A stretch of 63,392 bases of DNA, filler included. It is 7 parts of 7 records of this genome, joined end to end, with 100 filler letters (N's around TTAATTAATTAA, not from the genome) between each part and the next. Parts side by side here need not be neighbours in the genome. Positions count along the whole stretch, not along the records: positions 53,222 to 63,392 come from SRR2962707_4048; 6 more parts are not named here. One strand, given 5' to 3'. This document shows positions 59,401 through 63,392 of the stretch, piece by piece; position 1 is the stretch's first letter, and each line of letters starts with the position of its first letter. The translations under genes were made by a program, and so were the position numbers. The notes under the pieces are model-generated. The model saw nothing but the letters and a program-made list of their open reading frames with translations, was not told the DNA's origin and made no database searches.

Positions 59401-62400
59401 GCTTTTGGCCAAGGCATCCGAGCTAACGAATTCTTTCAGGTATCATATGGATTTGCTTGAGTCCATACAAGAGGGCGAAGAGCGACACACGCTACGTCAT
59501 GACGATGTTCTTCCCAGAGAACTCATCACAGACTTCGATGAAGAGACTGCAGTGGCAGAGGAAGCTGCAGCACTTGCCAGCGAAACACTATCCAGTTTCG
59601 ACGCTGCTCAAATTTCACGGCGCAACAGGTGTGATACTCTCTGAACGAGTCATACCTTCCCACTTGCTGCGCGATTGTGTTTCACCGGCTGGTTCTTCGC
59701 GTGTATTATGTTATCTGTCATCACCCACACACAGCCTTCGGCGTATGAGCTCCGTAAAGCTCAGCCACCAGGAACTCGCTTCCCTTCTGCGCGAGTCACA
59801 AGCGAAAGAGGAAGAAGGTACGGCGCACAGCAGCTGGTGTTGCGATCACACGTGACGCCGTGGTTATGTCTACCGTGTCACTGGTTTAATACATGCCACA
59901 TTGTTTAGGGTCAGCGAAAGATTCTCCAGCTGACATTCGGTCTGACGGAGAGCCTAAAGAAGAGATCGATGCCAGCGAAAATACTCGGTTGAAGGCAAAG
60001 TCCGAAGCGGCCTCACTTGCGGCATTGCAACTTGTCGAACAAAATGAACTAGTTGTGGCACATCTTTTGCATATGCTGGTACGTCTGGCCAAATTGTATT
60101 CGAGTTGTTATTGGCTCAGAAAAAAAGGCGTTAAAATTGCGTTGTACAATGAAAGGCGCGGTCGATGCGGCGACGATTCTCGCTGATGATGAGAGACTTG
60201 TTGGTGGGCGATGAAGATCCAATTTCGCTTTTTCACGTGCCCGATGTCAAAACCGTTGCTCGCGTTGAGAAGCGATTGATCGAAAGCAGTCAAGCAGAAG
60301 TTGAGCAGTTACCAAAGTATCTTGCTGAGATTGACGATGCAATCAACCTTCGTCCGTGATTGTATGGATGTTGTCACGTACATTGTGTATTTTTCGAAAC
60401 CCGGTGGTCCACTCTTTGTTTATCCCTAAAAGCATTGGTTTTTTACGACACATGCCGTAGGAGCGTTTCCCAAGTTAGCGTCCAAGATCTGGTGGCCCGT
60501 GGTGAACAAGTTTACAGAATGGGCGGATGAGCGCGAACGGGTCGACAACATCACTGCTCTGCAAACTATGACTGTAGCTGATTTCCGTGAGGTTGGATTT
60601 CGTGATTTTGAGGCTGTGCAGCTCGCGCAGACCATCCAGCGTCGAAAGCGGAAAGAGAAGAAAGAGCAGCGACCACGGTCTTGCGGTAGGCTTCGTCGGG
60701 TGCTGTTTCAATGCAAGCATGCCGCTCAAGATCAACCGCTTCAAAATGGTGCCCACTCTGCAGGTGCAAGCAACCTGGATATGCTTCGCTGCTCAATGAC
60801 GTATTCGAAACCTGACACGTTGGTTGAAGCGTTTAACCGTCTTGCAGAGGTTGGGCAATGTCAATTGGAGCTGTTTGCTGGCCCAGATTCGTGGTCATGT
60901 GCTGACTATTGGCGCATGGTGATCTACAGGCTTATGACAATGCGGACAACAAGTTTCGATATTTTGTGGACAATGGTTACGCAATGGACGGAGATTGGTA
61001 TGATGAGCTGTGCCTAATAGTGACATTGCCCGTGTGTAGCCGGTCAAACGCTCATCTGCAATTGCACTCTTTCCACCAGGATTGCAACTGAAACGTCAAA
61101 ATTCCGTGCCGTAACCATTCATTTTGTTTGGCGGCCATTTGTTGATGAGCCCTACGGGTTTGGGGACCTTGTGGATGATTTTAAAAGGTGGGCCATGCGT
61201 GTGCACACTGCAAATCCCAGCAACCACGATGAATGTGATAGTCTAATGCAATGATTCTGCTGGAATGACAGCGATTGGATGCGCTATGTGAACGACTGCC
61301 CTGCGCGGTACAAATCTTTGGCGTCCGAGGCTTTGAACCGACTGCGAATCTTCGGCGAGACACTGCCGCGCACAAACAGCGTTCTGAGCCAAACGTCGGC
61401 GACAAGCGGCGATATCGGAATCGCGAAATCAACCCGTGGTGGCCAAGCAGCCGGCAGTCGGTCGTCAATGTCGACCGACTCTCATGAGGCAATTACAGGT
61501 CCAGTGGTGGAAATGGTTGCGGAGGTGCGATTGATTTACCAACCATTCTACGACCTTGGAATTCGAGAGTCTGGCATATGCTACAGTATCATCAACGCAA
61601 AGGTTCGGGTTGTTGCTGTTGTTTCGAGCGCTAGTTCGTTGTGATCAACCCCGCCTTTATCCCGATATCGTTGCGTTTGAGAAGTGTGTTTTTGTACATC
61701 ATCGGTAGACTATCAAAGATGTCGTCCGATACATGAACGTCAAGCCAACGGAGCTGGAACAGTTCAATGCTGCTGTCCATTTACAGGTGTGGCAGCCTTT
61801 TGTGACTGGGCCATACGACTTCTTCCCACCACCTCCCTTCTTGAAAGTTACATTTGACCCCGTCGTCGAAACTCAGGCCCAAATTCGTGGTTTTACCACA
61901 AAGCTGCGCATCAAGCGGGAGATCATGGCCGAACGGGCTGCAAGAAAAGCTAAAGCAGAAAAACTTCAGCGCTTTGATCAACTTGTTATCGAGGTGGGCT
62001 CATGGTGCCCACAGCATTCTTGTGGATGGCTTAATGCATATTGTTTATATGGTGGTGCTGGGTGCACTGTTAATGTCATTTCTGTGCGGCATTCTGCCAG
62101 CTTGAACAAGCAACTGCCGCCGAAGAGTTTGAGATTGTCGACGAACTGGGAAAAGAAATGGATGGGTTGTTGCAGGAGCTCCATCCAAAGCTAACGGTAT
62201 GGGAAATCCACGGCAATTGTCACATGTTTGGCCATTTCGCCAAATGTCATCGCTCACACGCTTTTGATGTCACTGCCTGTATTTTGCACTTCGGGCAGTC
62301 TAAAGACATCGCGGCATGTCAGTCGGCGTACAAGGAGGTAGACTTGGATGGAAATGGCGCGCTAGACATCGATGAAATTGGGGAGATGTTCAAAGTGCTT

Positions 62401-62660
62401 GGAATGCACATGGAAAGCCACACGCTGCAAGCGCTATTTGACAAGTACGCAAGCGCCCTGGTTGAAAACGTTGTCGTCGTGCTCATGCCATGTCACAAAT
62501 TGTGATTTGCAACCTTTGCTGGAACTACAGGTTCGACAAGGACGGTTCAGGAGAATTGGATTTCCACGAGTTTCTCGACTTGCGTGAGACAATGATTCCT
62601 CAAGTCAGCACGGGTAGCATGCGCAACCAGAAACACAAGCGAAAGAAGAAACGATTGTGA
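53409..62660 (+). CDS. Giant multi-exon gene (more than 25 introns): myristoylation motif, ankyrin repeats, SH3-like barrel, EF-hand pair, SAP-like motif, RelA/SpoT-like nucleotidyltransferase domain with SAM-like insert, second EF-hand pair
   Basis: A continuous frame can be traced through GT-AG introns from ATG 53409 (MGATGS) to TGA 62658-62660. Ankyrin motifs GCTALHHA, GLVPLHY, GWLPLHV, GRLPIHY; EF loops DSDGSGELDLEE, DADHSGDVDVDE, DLDGNGALDIDE, DKDGSGELDFHE; NTase-like motifs VKTVARVEKR, NLDMLRCSMT, KFRAVTIHF, MVAEVRL. Confidence 0.78.
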
Positions 62661-62813
62661 AGAGTGGAAGGCCAACGACACAGTGTTCGAATGCAGAAGC
62701 GCAGCCCTGCACGATAAACCATGAATACCGCGAACCAAAGCCGAAAATAAATAAAGATTCACACAAAAAGAGAGAAGTCTGGGCAAGGAGCCCCGCTTGC
62801 CATGCACACTGGG

Positions 62814-63353
62814 TTACGACGCGAAAGCCGCCCCCACTGCGAGTGCCCACACCGCCACCGACGCGACAGCAGACCTGACCGCTGTGCTCAGGCAAGGGTC
62901 TTTTACGTGGGGCTCGTTGAAGTTGTTGCACATCCCGAGCTGCGGCATCTCACACACAAGTGCCATCCGAGTTTCAAAGCAGTAGCGGTCGTACGAGCCT
63001 GCCTCCTGGCAGGTGCAGCCGGACTGCTCCAGTAAGTCCTTGTACGAGTTGTGGTACGCGTTGCAGTCACCCTTGCAGAGCACCTCGAGGAACATGTCGT
63101 CTCGAGGCGGTCCGAAGTGCTCCACAAGGTTCGCGAGGTCGGCAATGCACGCTTCTTTTAAGTCAGCGATGGAGTTCTGACGCTCAATCACTTCACTCTC
63201 GAAGTACGCAATGTCGCAGAACTCTAGCTCCAGCTCCGTAGAGTTGTCGTCAGAGCTGCTGCTTGCTGCCGCAGCAGCAGCATCTTGGGAAACTGCTACG
63301 TAGGGCGTGAGGGCCGTGAGGATGAGGGTCAAAAGGTGGTAGAACGCAGGCAT
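62814..63353 (-). CDS. Small secreted Cys-rich protein, probably GPI-anchored or C-terminally membrane-anchored
   Basis: Intronless; signal peptide MPAFYHLLTLILTALTPYVAVS; ten cysteines; hydrophobic C-terminus SAVASVAVWALAVGAAFAS. Confidence 0.75.
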   Translation of the reverse strand: MPAFYHLLTLILTALTPYVAVSQDAAAAAASSSSDDNSTELELEFCDIAYFESEVIERQNSIADLKEACIADLANLVEHFGPPRDDMFLEVLCKGDCNAYHNSYKDLLEQSGCTCQEAGSYDRYCFETRMALVCEMPQLGMCNNFNEPHVKDPCLSTAVRSAVASVAVWALAVGAAFAS

Positions 63354-63365
63354 TGGCGTCACTTA

Positions 63366-63392
63366 CAACAACAACAACAACAACAACAACAA
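63366..63392. repeat. (CAA)n microsatellite at window end
   Basis: Nine caa units. Confidence 0.95.

Noticed and set aside
22937-62660. Alternative genetic code, programmed frameshifts or pseudogenes to explain the fragmented ORFs
   Set aside because: The frame breaks I traced resolve with short GT-AG (rarely GC-AG) introns under the standard code.
1-63392. Mobile elements, viral genes, rRNA or tRNA genes
   Set aside because: No transposase, integrase, reverse transcriptase, capsid or structural-RNA signatures were recognised by eye; covariance-model searches were not run.

Overview
The window is not one locus. It is seven contigs joined by 100-nt artificial spacers (N44-TTAATTAATTAA-N44) at 5249-5348, 13374-13473, 22789-22888, 35546-35645, 47092-47191 and 53122-53221. 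Six contigs come from an intron-rich microbial eukaryote with short, mostly GT-AG introns and the standard code; a protist is likely, but the lineage cannot be fixed from the sequence alone. Each of these six holds one convergent gene pair: Tudor-like+OTU deubiquitinase / METTL21-type methyltransferase; secreted carboxylesterase / large IQ+WW protein; tandemly doubled soluble-adenylyl-cyclase/STAND-like protein / beta-repeat+SAM+ankyrin protein; myosin with IQ-ankyrin-WW-GYF tail / receptor-like U-box protein; FN3 protein / aldo-keto reductase; giant ankyrin+EF-hand protein with a RelA/SpoT-like nucleotidyltransferase domain / small Cys-rich surface protein. One contig (13474-22788) is bacterial and alphaproteobacterial-looking: ornithine-decarboxylase-like gene, GNAT, intact hybrid histidine kinase, a convergent dead pseudo-kinase, a YbaY-MliC lipoprotein and an SMP-30 gene. 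The best candidates for something undescribed are (1) the EF-hand-flanked, SAM-interrupted RelA/SpoT-like eukaryotic protein, (2) the doubled pseudo-cyclase/STAND protein, (3) the kinase/pseudo-kinase pair and (4) the single-pass receptor U-box ligase. All exon structures were traced by eye and all domain calls rest on motif recognition, not database searches.
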